DNA from: an uncultured Pseudomonadales bacterium
Lineage (GTDB): Bacteria > Patescibacteriota > Microgenomatia > UBA1400 > MFAQ01
NCBI GenBank assembly: GCA_964513845.1
Contig: CAZENT010000002.1
Coordinates: forward strand, 75,916 to 139,915
Direction: 5' to 3'
Length of the DNA stretch: 64,000 nt
Part shown: positions 38,584 through 47,348 of the stretch, piece by piece
Numbering within the stretch: position 1 is the first letter of the stretch
Layout: the number at the start of each line of letters is the position of its first letter
Program-made: the position numbers and the translations under genes
The notes under the pieces: model-generated
Database searches by the model: none
Told to the model about the DNA's origin: nothing
What the model saw: only the letters and a program-made list of their open reading frames with translations

Positions 38584-39288
38584 CTACATGAATATTCTTT
38601 TCGCCAATCTTTCCCACCTGTCCTCGGCCTTACTTTCCAAAAACGTCCGATAGTTACAATCAGACAAAATTCTCGTCACCAACATATTGGTGTTAATTTT
38701 ATTATCAGGAGTCTTTTTATCACCCGCCCTCACTCCAAATATAAATTCGTCATCATTGTTGCACAAGCCAAATAGCAATTTATTTCCGTTGTAATTTACC
38801 TTGGCTAAATTTTTTAAAGAATAATTAATCTCTTCAGAATACGAGATCACTTCTCTCTCTCCGGTAGTCTCATTCAAGTTGGCAAATGCAAGTGTTTTGT
38901 CTTTTAACTCTATTCCAATATACAGGCGGTCGTTGTTATCAACCATTCTTCCCAACATCTCCATCAAAAGAACACCATCTTCGTCATTCACATCTTCTTT
39001 ATCCAAATTCATGCAATAGGCCAGCAGATCAATTCCAATTGTTTCAAGCTTTCCGTCTTTGTCATAAAGCAAGCCAATACCCAAATCAACAGCTAATACA
39101 TTGAATCTTCCTTCGACAAAACGCAGTTCAATACGACCCCTAGATGTATCCTCTTCTACATAAAATTGTCTTAGCTCTGGATTTTTCATCGGAATTCTGC
39201 TCCCACCAAACTGATCTAGCTTTTTTCCAAACGGAATGTTTTTCCAGTACTCTGCAGAAAAATTAGACACTTGCTTTAGCAGCAGCAA
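38584..39288 (-). CDS. Hypothetical protein (234 aa)
   Basis: ORF track. Confidence 0.4.
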   Translation of the reverse strand: MLLLKQVSNFSAEYWKNIPFGKKLDQFGGSRIPMKNPELRQFYVEEDTSRGRIELRFVEGRFNVLAVDLGIGLLYDKDGKLETIGIDLLAYCMNLDKEDVNDEDGVLLMEMLGRMVDNNDRLYIGIELKDKTLAFANLNETTGEREVISYSEEINYSLKNLAKVNYNGNKLLFGLCNNDDEFIFGVRAGDKKTPDNKINTNMLVTRILSDCNYRTFLESKAEDRWERLAKRIFM

Positions 39289-39520
39289 CTTGTTCAGCTC
39301 TCTGAGCTTCTCTTAGAGATCTTTTACAGGTGGTGCAAACTTTAATTTTTACTTTTGTTCCTTCAATCACCAAATGATGAACATGAAGATTAGGTTTTCT
39401 GACGTGTTTGATTCTGCGTTTGGAAAAACTAACCAAGTTGACATGTTGTACTCCCTTACCACAAATAGCACATTGAAGCTTTCCTTTTTCAGGCTGTTTT
39501 ATATTTTGTTTCATGGGCAC
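39263..39520 (-). CDS. rpmB: 50S ribosomal protein L28
   Basis: CAICGKG...N.VSFSKRRIKH...PNLH...C..CKRSLRE pattern typical of zinc-ribbon L28. 85 aa. Confidence 0.75.
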   Translation of the reverse strand: MPMKQNIKQPEKGKLQCAICGKGVQHVNLVSFSKRRIKHVRKPNLHVHHLVIEGTKVKIKVCTTCKRSLREAQRAEQVAAAKASV

Positions 39521-39565
39521 AATTTTAACATATTTTTGACCTCAAGGTATACTAGAATAAACAAT

Positions 39566-40192
39566 ATGCTATTTACCTTGCTTGGAATCATTCTTTCGGT
39601 TGTCTATCTCATCCTGGCTGTTGCCATTCACGAGTTCGCCCACGCCTTCGCCGCTGACCGTCTAGGCGACCCCACAGCCAGAGCCGCCGGTAGGCTCACC
39701 CTCAACCCCTTTGCTCATATTGACCCAGTTGGCACTGTTGCCCTTCCTCTTGCCCTAATGCTTTTATCGGGCGGTAGTTTTGCTTTCGGCTGGGGCAAAC
39801 CCACCCCTTTTGACCCTTATAATCTCCAAAAACCCCGTCGCGATGCCGGGATTATCTCCATAGCCGGACCAATTAGCAATCTTCTCTTAGCTTCCATTGT
39901 CGCTCTAGCTATCCACTTTCTTCCCTACACCATCGGCGTCTTTCTGTACTCCTTTGTGGTCACCAATATCGGCTTAGCCATCTTCAATCTTATTCCTGTA
40001 GGGCCTTTAGATGGTCAAAAAATCGTCTTTGCCCTCCTTCCTCGCGACTTAGCCTATGAATATCAGGTAATCATGAATAAATACGGCACCCTCCTTCTTA
40101 TTTTCCTCATCTTCCCTATCTTTGGTAGTTCTCCCGTGATGGCTCTGATGGAGCCGGTAATTCGCTTTCTCATCCACCTCCTCCTGCCATAA
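39566..40192 (+). CDS. M50-family (site-2 protease/SpoIVFB-like) membrane metalloprotease
   Basis: From MLFTLLGII: HEFAHAFAADRLGD HExxH in TM1, downstream PVGPLDGQKIV LDG motif. About 208 aa. Confidence 0.75.
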   Translation: MLFTLLGIILSVVYLILAVAIHEFAHAFAADRLGDPTARAAGRLTLNPFAHIDPVGTVALPLALMLLSGGSFAFGWGKPTPFDPYNLQKPRRDAGIISIAGPISNLLLASIVALAIHFLPYTIGVFLYSFVVTNIGLAIFNLIPVGPLDGQKIVFALLPRDLAYEYQVIMNKYGTLLLIFLIFPIFGSSPVMALMEPVIRFLIHLLLP

Positions 40193-40267
40193 AGCTAAAA
40201 AATAACACGAGGATACATTGTTTTCCAAAAATATAGTCTGCGAGGCATTATGTAAATCGTGAATCGT

Positions 40268-40294
40268 TTACCTGCAGGGCCAGGCCCTGCAGGT
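40268..40294. repeat. Perfect 13+1+13 GC-rich palindrome (tacctgcagggcc-a-ggccctgcaggta)
   Basis: Read directly from the sequence. Not followed by a U-tract on either strand. Confidence 0.9.
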
Positions 40295-40332
40295 AATCTC
40301 ACTTCACGAAAGTTCGAATTTCATAACGAAAA

Positions 40333-40516
40333 TAAATATTTCTCTTTCCCTTTGGAAATTTAGTATTTTTTGACAATGAGTCGCACGTCCGTAATTTTCT
40401 TGATTTTCAGACTACTGTCTGCGAGTCTACGCGATGAGCGGACGAGAATCAAGAAAATAGGAACCGACGGTCACCACAGGTGACGTTAAAAAAACTAAGT
40501 GACAAAGAAGGAAAAG
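40333..40516. ncRNA. Conserved ~185-nt non-coding element, copy 2 of 2
   Basis: See 2767..2950. Same orientation, about 90% identity, with compensatory changes in the long stem. Confidence 0.45.
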
Positions 40517-40538
40517 GATGAAATATTCTAGTTGAAGT

Positions 40539-41183
40539 CTACAGTGCTCTCTTCCTCGAAATGAAGCTAAAGACTCCCACCACCAATAACAAAGCTCCAA
40601 AACCAAACAAGGCAATCTTCAAAACAGTAGACAAGGCTCCACCAATTCCCTTACTTGGATTTTCAGCTTCAACGGTAACGTCAACTTTTTCGGTAGTTGT
40701 AGGTGTGACCTTAACCGCCTTACTAGGTGTTGGGGTTGGAGCAACGGTCACATTTACGTCAGGTCGAACTTCTCCGCTTTCGAAATTAATAGTTTGTAAA
40801 ACTCCGGTAAGTAAAACATTTTCCGAAGGCTTACTGCCATAACCATCAGTCTCAGCAGTGATGAACAGATTCGTGAACTTGGTATCGGACGAAGTGGCTA
40901 ACTTTCCGTTAACAATCTCGCCAATTCTCTTCGTTTTTCCCGCTTCAGTTGTCGACCAAACGACATATCGATTTTGCTCAGGTGATAAAGCAATCTTTAG
41001 ATCACGACAAGTAGCCAAAATTCTGTAAGTGCCATCGACAAATACCGAGGTGGCAAAACAAGCTCCTCCGGACCCTGCTCCTCTCAGCAAAACCACTCCC
41101 TCATTGGCCATTACTGGTCGAGCGAGAATTATTCCACCAAGAACGGCAGAAGTAATCAATCCAGAAAAAATCTTCTTATTCAT
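40539..41183 (-). CDS. Secreted protein with signal peptide and C-terminal hydrophobic helix plus basic tail (sorting-signal-like)
   Basis: MNKKIFSGLITSAVLGGIILARPVMA signal peptide, Thr/Pro/Val-rich linker, C-terminal FGFGALLLVVGVFSFISRKRAL. Confidence 0.55.
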   Translation of the reverse strand: MNKKIFSGLITSAVLGGIILARPVMANEGVVLLRGAGSGGACFATSVFVDGTYRILATCRDLKIALSPEQNRYVVWSTTEAGKTKRIGEIVNGKLATSSDTKFTNLFITAETDGYGSKPSENVLLTGVLQTINFESGEVRPDVNVTVAPTPTPSKAVKVTPTTTEKVDVTVEAENPSKGIGGALSTVLKIALFGFGALLLVVGVFSFISRKRAL

Positions 41184-41233
41184 ATCTCAATTCTACTACA
41201 ATCATCTCTTTCAGGCCACCAAGGAGTACAACA

Positions 41234-42892
41234 TCAACTACACCAAGACATTTCTCTAGCTCCCTGCAAGGAGACTCCTTGCAGGTCTTTTGTCATGTAA
41301 GTTCCCTCAAGCTCGTAGCCCAGCTTGCGATAGTACTCTCTCGTTCCGATGGCCGAGATTACCGCCATCTTTTTATACCCCCGCTCACGGGCAACCTCTT
41401 CCGCTTTTATCATTAACCTCTTTCCTAATCCTTGATGTTGAGTTTTTACATTACTCTCATCGCTATTAGTCTCGTCATTGCGAGTTTCGGTATTCCGAAC
41501 CGAAGCAACCCCCGACTCCCGAGATAAATTACTGGTTATTTCTGCTACCTGGCCATAAGCATGCACCTCTCGGATAATGGCCGCTCCTCCAAGCTCATCA
41601 AAAAGCATTTTTTCCGTTTTCTCAGGCAGTCTTAAGCGAAGCATGGCAAACAGCTTATCTTCATTCTCGTAAGACAAAAACTGTTCCTTGCCTCCCAAAC
41701 TTTCTCTTTCGTTTATCAAAAGCTCCACTTTGGTGTCATAAACACCCCCGCGCACTTCTCGACAACGGATACATTTGCACTTCTTGCCTTCTTTCACCAG
41801 CTCTTGTTGCAAAATCTGTCTTAAGTTCGTCCTGGCCGTTCCCGCCGACACCCATTTCTTGCTAATATCCCGAATCAATCGATCGATTCGGCACCAAACA
41901 GGTGTCTGGGCCTTAATTTCCTTTAAAACTTTTACCAATGCTTTCTCTTCATAAGGCTCATACTCGCCTCTCTGCCACATCTCATACATCTCAGTCCCCT
42001 TGATCGTCATTGCGGGATACACCTTGATATAGTCTGGCCCAAATCGAGGGTCAGTAAACATCATCTTGGCCATCTCCATGTCTTTTTTGGGGCTGCTTCC
42101 AGGCAAATTTGGCATGAAATGATAGCAAATCTTGATACCTGCATTACGACACATTCTGGTCGCTTCGGCCACTTCTTCAAGGCTATGTCCTCTTTTGATC
42201 TTTTTCAAAATAGCTTCATCAAAGGCTTGCACTCCCAGCTGAACCTTGGTCACCCCCAGCTCCCTCCACAATCTTACTTCGGCTTCTGTAACCCAGTCTG
42301 GCCTAGTTTCCACCGAAATACCTACAACACGCTTCTCCGCCGTTTCATTTATTTTCTGAGCTTCTGTCAAAGACTCACTTTCCTTGCCATTGACGGCATC
42401 AAAAATACTTTTAAAAAACTCTCTTTTGTATTTTTCCGGGTAACTACCAAAGGTTCCGCCAATAATAATCAAGTCAATTTTATCTGTGATGTGTCCTGTT
42501 TCTTTCATCTGTCGAATTCTGCCTTCCACCTGTTTTTTGGGGTCAAAATCCAGCAGTTTGGCTCTTTGTGCGGCTGGCTCATCAGACAGATAAGACTTAG
42601 GCATCCCTTCTTCCAGGGGGCAATATACACACTCTCCTGGACAATAAAACGGCTTCATCATCACCGCAAAAGGGGCAACACCAGACTCAGTTCGCACTCC
42701 CCGAGTTTTCATCGCCTCGATCAGTTCAGGGTCAGCCAGACTTGGCCAGATCTCCGAGTTTTTGGGCATTTTTTTTAACTCCTTCGACCAAATCCGACGA
42801 TAGTCCTCGATATTATCAAGGGTCAGTTTTTCATTGTCCCGAAAGACTAAATCCGCAATTGTCATCTTGTATATTGTACCTGAAAATAGCAA
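41234..42892 (-). CDS. elp3: ELP3-family radical-SAM/GNAT protein (tRNA wobble-uridine modification enzyme homolog)
   Basis: CPGECVYCP radical-SAM cluster motif, large radical-SAM core, and a C-terminal GNAT with QHQGLGKRLM acetyl-CoA motif. Confidence 0.8.
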   Translation of the reverse strand: MLFSGTIYKMTIADLVFRDNEKLTLDNIEDYRRIWSKELKKMPKNSEIWPSLADPELIEAMKTRGVRTESGVAPFAVMMKPFYCPGECVYCPLEEGMPKSYLSDEPAAQRAKLLDFDPKKQVEGRIRQMKETGHITDKIDLIIIGGTFGSYPEKYKREFFKSIFDAVNGKESESLTEAQKINETAEKRVVGISVETRPDWVTEAEVRLWRELGVTKVQLGVQAFDEAILKKIKRGHSLEEVAEATRMCRNAGIKICYHFMPNLPGSSPKKDMEMAKMMFTDPRFGPDYIKVYPAMTIKGTEMYEMWQRGEYEPYEEKALVKVLKEIKAQTPVWCRIDRLIRDISKKWVSAGTARTNLRQILQQELVKEGKKCKCIRCREVRGGVYDTKVELLINERESLGGKEQFLSYENEDKLFAMLRLRLPEKTEKMLFDELGGAAIIREVHAYGQVAEITSNLSRESGVASVRNTETRNDETNSDESNVKTQHQGLGKRLMIKAEEVARERGYKKMAVISAIGTREYYRKLGYELEGTYMTKDLQGVSLQGAREMSWCS

Positions 42893-42938
42893 AATGCCCC
42901 GACATTAAGCCGGGGCAACAAAACAACATTTTAAGGAA

Positions 42939-43208
42939 TTACATAGCACGTCTTAAGCTTTTACAAACCGCGTTTTTGACATCAAACAAGATTGTGTCGT
43001 AATTTTTGGGAGCAAGACGTACGTGATTGCTCACATATACAGCCAGTTCTTCAGTGTTTTTTACAATTACTGAAATCTTCTTGTCCAGCGCTTTGATATT
43101 TATATGTTCCCCATCCCCTTCGAGATTAAGCCAAAAGAACTGATCGTACAAATAAAACAAGACAAATTTATTTTCGGTATTTTTTACCCATTCAACCAAA
43201 TCCTTCAT
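42939..43208 (-). CDS. Hypothetical protein (89 aa)
   Basis: ORF track. Confidence 0.4.
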   Translation of the reverse strand: MKDLVEWVKNTENKFVLFYLYDQFFWLNLEGDGEHINIKALDKKISVIVKNTEELAVYVSNHVRLAPKNYDTILFDVKNAVCKSLRRAM

Positions 43209-43278
43209 TCGTACCTCCTTAAAAATTTAATGAACTTTCCAGATATTCTACTACATTAACACTGCTAAAATATCCCTA

Positions 43279-43917
43279 ATGCCCCAAGAAGATATCATCA
43301 GCTCCGTAAAGGACACTTACAACAATATTGGTAAGGAGTTTTCCGCCACTCGCCAGTACATCTGGCCGGACCTCCAACCATTTCTCCATAAAGTCAAACC
43401 AGGCATTTCTGTACTCGATGTTGGCTGTGGCAATGGGCGTCTACTTCTCGGTTTACCCAAAGACATCAAATACACCGGTATCGATATTAGCAAAGAGTTG
43501 CTTATTGAAGCCGAAAAAGCCCACCCGGAACACAAATTTTACGAAACAGACATCACCAAAGACTCCATCTGGAAACATCTTCCTCAGTATGACTATATTT
43601 TTTGCATCGCGGTCATCCACCACATTCCCACAGAAAATGATCATCTTTTTGTCTTTGAACAAATCAAAAAGCATCTTAAGCCGGGTGGAAAGGTTCTCAT
43701 CACCGCCTGGAATCTCTGGCAGCCAAACAAATACAGGAAATATCACTTTGATATAAAAACCAAACTCCAAAACTGGCACTATTTATATATTCCTTTCCAG
43801 GGAAAACCTCGATTTCATTTTGCCGTCACCACCCCATATCTTAATAGACTTCTCAACAAAGTCAATCTTAAGCTCAAGATCAAAAAATCTTCCCACAACT
43901 ACATTCTCCACAGCTAG
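43279..43917 (+). CDS. Class I SAM-dependent methyltransferase
   Basis: VLDVGCGNGRLL motif I, and a motif II/post-I acidic residue (YTGIDIS). Confidence 0.75.
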   Translation: MPQEDIISSVKDTYNNIGKEFSATRQYIWPDLQPFLHKVKPGISVLDVGCGNGRLLLGLPKDIKYTGIDISKELLIEAEKAHPEHKFYETDITKDSIWKHLPQYDYIFCIAVIHHIPTENDHLFVFEQIKKHLKPGGKVLITAWNLWQPNKYRKYHFDIKTKLQNWHYLYIPFQGKPRFHFAVTTPYLNRLLNKVNLKLKIKKSSHNYILHS

Positions 43918-43990
43918 CAATTGACTTCTATCGTATTGCTATGAGATAATTGCCAGCAATCCAAGATCTTTTATTTAAGGAGTTCAAAAG

Positions 43991-44251
43991 TTGAAAAAAA
44001 TTTCGAAGAAGTTCCGGGCCCATCGGAATCCCAAAAGGGTCATCTGCATAGTGTGCGGTCAACCATGCTACGTGGGAAGAACCGCCATATACAATAACAG
44101 CGAGGTTCAACAGGTTGTTTGTATCAACTGTGTTCCATTTGAGTTCGACAAGGATGGCAACGTGTGGTTGCCTGGAGAAATGTTGCAACAACGAATTGAA
44201 TTAAGATCAAACAATATCTTCAGCATCACCCGTGAAGAAGCATTTTCTTGA
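43991..44251 (+). CDS. Hypothetical small Cys-containing protein (86 aa)
   Basis: CIVCG...CINC pattern suggests a zinc ribbon. Confidence 0.4.
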   Translation: MKKISKKFRAHRNPKRVICIVCGQPCYVGRTAIYNNSEVQQVVCINCVPFEFDKDGNVWLPGEMLQQRIELRSNNIFSITREEAFS

Positions 44252-44283
44252 AAATACATATTTCTTATGGTTTAACAAACACC

Positions 44284-44314
44284 AAAACCCGTCTAGCTGG
44301 GCGGGTTTTCTTTT
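44284..44314 (+). terminator. Intrinsic terminator
   Basis: aaacccgtc-tagctg-ggcgggttt hairpin followed by tcttttt. Confidence 0.7.
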
Positions 44315-44351
44315 ACCTTGACACATCGCCCACTTTTTGCCATACTAAGAT

Positions 44352-45440
44352 ATGCCCAACGATGATCTCGGTACTTTCCCTACGCCCCAACAAGCATCAG
44401 CTGCTCAAGCTGAACCTGTAGTTGCCGATGCTCCAGTAACCCCAGCCACACCTCCAGCACCAGAAGCTCCCGCTTTCGAAGAAACCCCTGAAGAAATCCC
44501 CTCTTTTCAATCCTCAACCGCCCTTGCGGAAGAACACGACAAACTCGTCGCCGCCAACGAAAACTTAATCCAGAATCAAACCACCCCCATTGTTCCAGAA
44601 GCAGAACCGGTCTCTGCTCCCCAAACACCCCAGCCAGCACCGGAACCTGTCGCCGCCACCCTCCCAGCCAAATCAAAATCAGCTGCCCCCATTATTATTG
44701 TCATTCTTCTCATTATTGCCGGCATTGGCTTGGCTGCCGCCGCATATCTCTCAGCTCAATCAAACAAGCTCAAAGTTCAACTTTTGGAGATTACCAAAAC
44801 TCTTGAAAAACAAGAAACAACCCTTACTCCAACTGCCACACCAACAGTTTTCCAGATTCCAACCCCCACCATGGCCACCCAAAGCGCCGTTGCCACCTCT
44901 TCGGCTACCCCATCGGTTACCCCCACAACTTTCATCGTCACCGACAAGCTAACCCCCTTAGCCAACGCCGCCTCAGTTCTAAAGATTGCCATCAATCACT
45001 CTCCAAGTGCTCAGCTACTTTTAATTAAAGTCGACAAAGCCACCGATCCGGCCAACTCCGTAACGAAGTATTTCTTCCGTGAAGACATGACCACCAAAAA
45101 GTACTTCTTTATCTCAATTACAGGAAAAGGTTTACCGGAACTAATCGACAAACAAATCTACGTTAACCCGGATAACAACATTCCTTCTCTCAATGACGCC
45201 GTTCTCTCAAACAAAATGGGTATGGAGCTCGATGAAGTTCTCAAGTTAACCTACGCCCAGTGTGCCAATCAGGCTGTCTGTACCTCTGCCACTGTAAATT
45301 CTATGTACATCAAAACTGGCACTGGTATCATCTGGCAGTTATCTTTATATCCAAACGACTCCACGACACCTCTTCTCATCCAAATAAACTCGGAAACAAA
45401 AGCCATCGTCTACAAATCCCCGGAGTTTGCCAACAAGTAA
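44352..45440 (+). CDS. Pro/Ala/Thr-rich membrane-anchored hypothetical protein (362 aa)
   Basis: Low-complexity Pro-rich N-terminus, one TM (IIIVILLIIAGIGLAAAAYL), a Thr/Pro linker, and a C-terminal globular region. Confidence 0.5.
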   Translation: MPNDDLGTFPTPQQASAAQAEPVVADAPVTPATPPAPEAPAFEETPEEIPSFQSSTALAEEHDKLVAANENLIQNQTTPIVPEAEPVSAPQTPQPAPEPVAATLPAKSKSAAPIIIVILLIIAGIGLAAAAYLSAQSNKLKVQLLEITKTLEKQETTLTPTATPTVFQIPTPTMATQSAVATSSATPSVTPTTFIVTDKLTPLANAASVLKIAINHSPSAQLLLIKVDKATDPANSVTKYFFREDMTTKKYFFISITGKGLPELIDKQIYVNPDNNIPSLNDAVLSNKMGMELDEVLKLTYAQCANQAVCTSATVNSMYIKTGTGIIWQLSLYPNDSTTPLLIQINSETKAIVYKSPEFANK

Positions 45441-45446
45441 AAAGCT

Positions 45447-45740
45447 TTAATTAACCTCGTCTACAAAAAGAGTTGTTCCGGAAAACTCACCCTTCACTTC
45501 AACTTCTTGACCCTCAAACTGGGATAAATTTAGTTTACGGCTGGTAATCTCTGTCAGCACTCCACCATTTTTAATCAAAATTGTGTTTCCATTCACACTT
45601 ACAGTACCTCTAATTGTTTTAGTGGGAGACTCAACCGCCACATTGTCATTAATAATTGTTGGCTGTTTTACACAACCACTTAAAAACACGCTTAAACCAA
45701 CAATGAAAAATAATGAAGCGACTCGGTTAAGTTTTTTCAT
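45447..45740 (-). CDS. Small lipoprotein (97 aa from MKKLNRVASLFFIVGLSVFLSGC)
   Basis: Signal peptide plus lipobox LSGC. The track ORF extends upstream into tRNA-Tyr, so the start was trimmed to the MKK codon. Confidence 0.55.
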   Translation of the reverse strand: MKKLNRVASLFFIVGLSVFLSGCVKQPTIINDNVAVESPTKTIRGTVSVNGNTILIKNGGVLTEITSRKLNLSQFEGQEVEVKGEFSGTTLFVDEVN

Positions 45741-45744
45741 ATAG

Positions 45745-45827
45745 TGCCAAGGACAGGGTTCGAACCTGTGTAGGCTTGCGCCGCGGGTTTTACAGACCCG
45801 AGTATTTGACCACTCTACCACCTTGGC
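45745..45827 (-). tRNA. tRNA-Tyr (GUA), long variable arm
   Basis: Minus-strand cloverleaf: acceptor GCCAAGG/CCUUGGC, anticodon loop CUGUAAA, long variable arm, T-loop GGUUCGAACC. CCA not encoded. Confidence 0.85.
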
Positions 45828-45853
45828 ATACATTTTATTACCTTCGAATTACG

Positions 45854-45927
45854 GAGCCGTTGTTGAGACTCGAACTCAACACCTTTCCCTTACCAAGGGA
45901 ATGCTCTGCCAGATGAGCTACAACGGC
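45854..45927 (-). tRNA. tRNA-Thr (GGU)
   Basis: Acceptor GCCGUUG/CAACGGC, D-arm GCUCAUCUGGCAGAGC, anticodon stem UUCCC/GGGAA with loop UUGGUAA, T-arm GUUGAGUUCGAGUCUCAAC. Confidence 0.85.
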
Positions 45928-45953
45928 TAATTTAGCCAACACCATATTTTACC

Positions 45954-46367
45954 TTATTTCATGCCCATTTTCTTAAGTTCATTCATAATGTACGTTTTTA
46001 GGTGGGTATTAAAGAATCCAACCGTCATCACTCCGTATTTACTTATCTTTTTATATGTTCCTTTTCCCATTGATGGTATTGGATTTGTCGTTTTAATTGT
46101 GCTTGGTTCAATATCCAGCATACCTCCCCAAAATTCCCTAGCAATTACCAAATCATTATCCTTAAACGTTTGTAAATAGAAACACAGCTTTCCTTCCCTT
46201 ATCTGACAGATAATCTTCAAATATCTTACGAATTGTTTTATCACCCCTGGATCCGAGTTTGTTACCCTTATTGCATGGTTTGTTGTTTTATTTCCCTCTC
46301 CCCAATACAAACCCAAAGCAAGATACTTGAGTTTGATCTCGTCTCGTGTCAATCTTTTTTGATACAA
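45954..46367 (-). CDS. LAGLIDADG-family homing endonuclease (single-motif type)
   Basis: KYLALGLYWGEGNKT matches the LAGLIDADG motif including the acidic residue. About 137 aa, I-CreI-like size. Confidence 0.5.
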   Translation of the reverse strand: MYQKRLTRDEIKLKYLALGLYWGEGNKTTNHAIRVTNSDPGVIKQFVRYLKIICQIREGKLCFYLQTFKDNDLVIAREFWGGMLDIEPSTIKTTNPIPSMGKGTYKKISKYGVMTVGFFNTHLKTYIMNELKKMGMK

Positions 46368-46585
46368 AACGGTTCACCGTTAGGGTTTGCCTTAATATAA
46401 TTTGCTTCTGACCTAATTCTTCGAGAAATTCCATACTTATCCATCCAATAGATAATTTTGTGTGTCTTAAGGTCTAAATTTTTTGCTATCTCCGAAAGTG
46501 ATTGTTTCTTTACCAAATACAACTCTCTCAATTCACTCTCTGTGGGAATTCTTGCCATACATTCATTATCCCGAAAAATACCCAA
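46349..46585 (-). CDS. HTH (NUMOD/sigma-r4-like) DNA-binding fragment overlapping the endonuclease ORF by 19 nt in another frame; possibly the frameshifted N-terminus of the same homing endonuclease
   Basis: KKQSLSEIAKNLDLKTHKIIYWMDKYGI helix-turn-helix. The reading frame ends where the LAGLIDADG ORF begins. Confidence 0.4.
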   Translation of the reverse strand: MGIFRDNECMARIPTESELRELYLVKKQSLSEIAKNLDLKTHKIIYWMDKYGISRRIRSEANYIKANPNGEPFCIKKD

Positions 46586-46658
46586 ATGTCAAATCAACAA
46601 ATTCTTACAGACAAGCACTCATATAGAAAATTACCCGCCAAAAGGCGGGTAATTCAAG

Positions 46659-46952
46659 TTACATCAAGTGTAGAAGGTCGATCGCGACAAATCTGTAAAC
46701 CAACACAAAGAGAAAAAAGAAAAAAACGAACATGGTAATACCAATTATAATTCCCTTATTCAATGAAGATTTTACGAAGAAACTCTTGTTTGCAGTCATA
46801 AATGCAAACGTTGACTCTTGCGCAAGATACATTGGTAATAATAAGGAGCCTGCCAATAAAAAGCCAGACAGGGCGGTGAAATCATAAATGCATACCAACA
46901 ATGCTGAAACCAAAAGCAGGAAAAATATATATTTTAAACCTCTATTCGCCAT
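46659..46952 (-). CDS. Small membrane protein (97 aa, 3 TM)
   Basis: ORF track. A minus-strand terminator-like hairpin (acccgcc-tttt-ggcgggt) lies downstream at about 46627-46650. Confidence 0.45.
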   Translation of the reverse strand: MANRGLKYIFFLLLVSALLVCIYDFTALSGFLLAGSLLLPMYLAQESTFAFMTANKSFFVKSSLNKGIIIGITMFVFFFFLFVLVYRFVAIDLLHLM

Positions 46953-47094
46953 TCTAATTATCTCCTTTTTTAAAGTTCATTCAAAATCTTTGACATTTTA
47001 CCCAAAAAAGACCTATATGTCAAATATATAGCATACGAACAGCCTCGTCTACTTAGAATTTTATTACTTTAAATGATAAAATCACAGTTGTATT

Positions 47095-47168
47095 GCCGCC
47101 TTAGCTCAGTTGGTTAGAGCACCAATTTTGTAAATTGGGGGTCCTGAGTTCGAATCTCAGAGGCGGCT
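47095..47168 (+). tRNA. tRNA-Thr (UGU)
   Basis: Acceptor GCCGCCU/AGGCGGC, D-arm GCUCAGUUGGUUAGAGC, anticodon stem CCAAU/AUUGG with loop UUUGUAA, T-arm CUGAGUUCGAAUCUCAG. Confidence 0.85.
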
Positions 47169-47200
47169 CTAAATTAATACTCGCCCTTGTGGTGAGTTTT
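47151..47200 (+). repeat. Direct repeat copy 1: tRNA-Thr 3' end (T-loop to acceptor) plus downstream terminator
   Basis: 50 nt identical to 47299..47348. Confidence 0.9.
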
Positions 47201-47298
47201 TATTTTGACAAGAATGATGGGATTCGAATGGCGGAACCAGTTTCGTAACGAACCTGGTGAGCCGGGGTCGATGGGCTTGCGAAGCAAGAACCAGTGAC

Positions 47299-47348
47299 CG
47301 AATCTCAGAGGCGGCTCTAAATTAATACTCGCCCTTGTGGTGAGTTTT
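47299..47348 (+). repeat. Direct repeat copy 2: tRNA 3'-end fragment plus terminator (att-like scar)
   Basis: Perfect 50-nt match to 47151..47200. The upstream 98 nt are unique and do not complete a tRNA. Confidence 0.9.
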
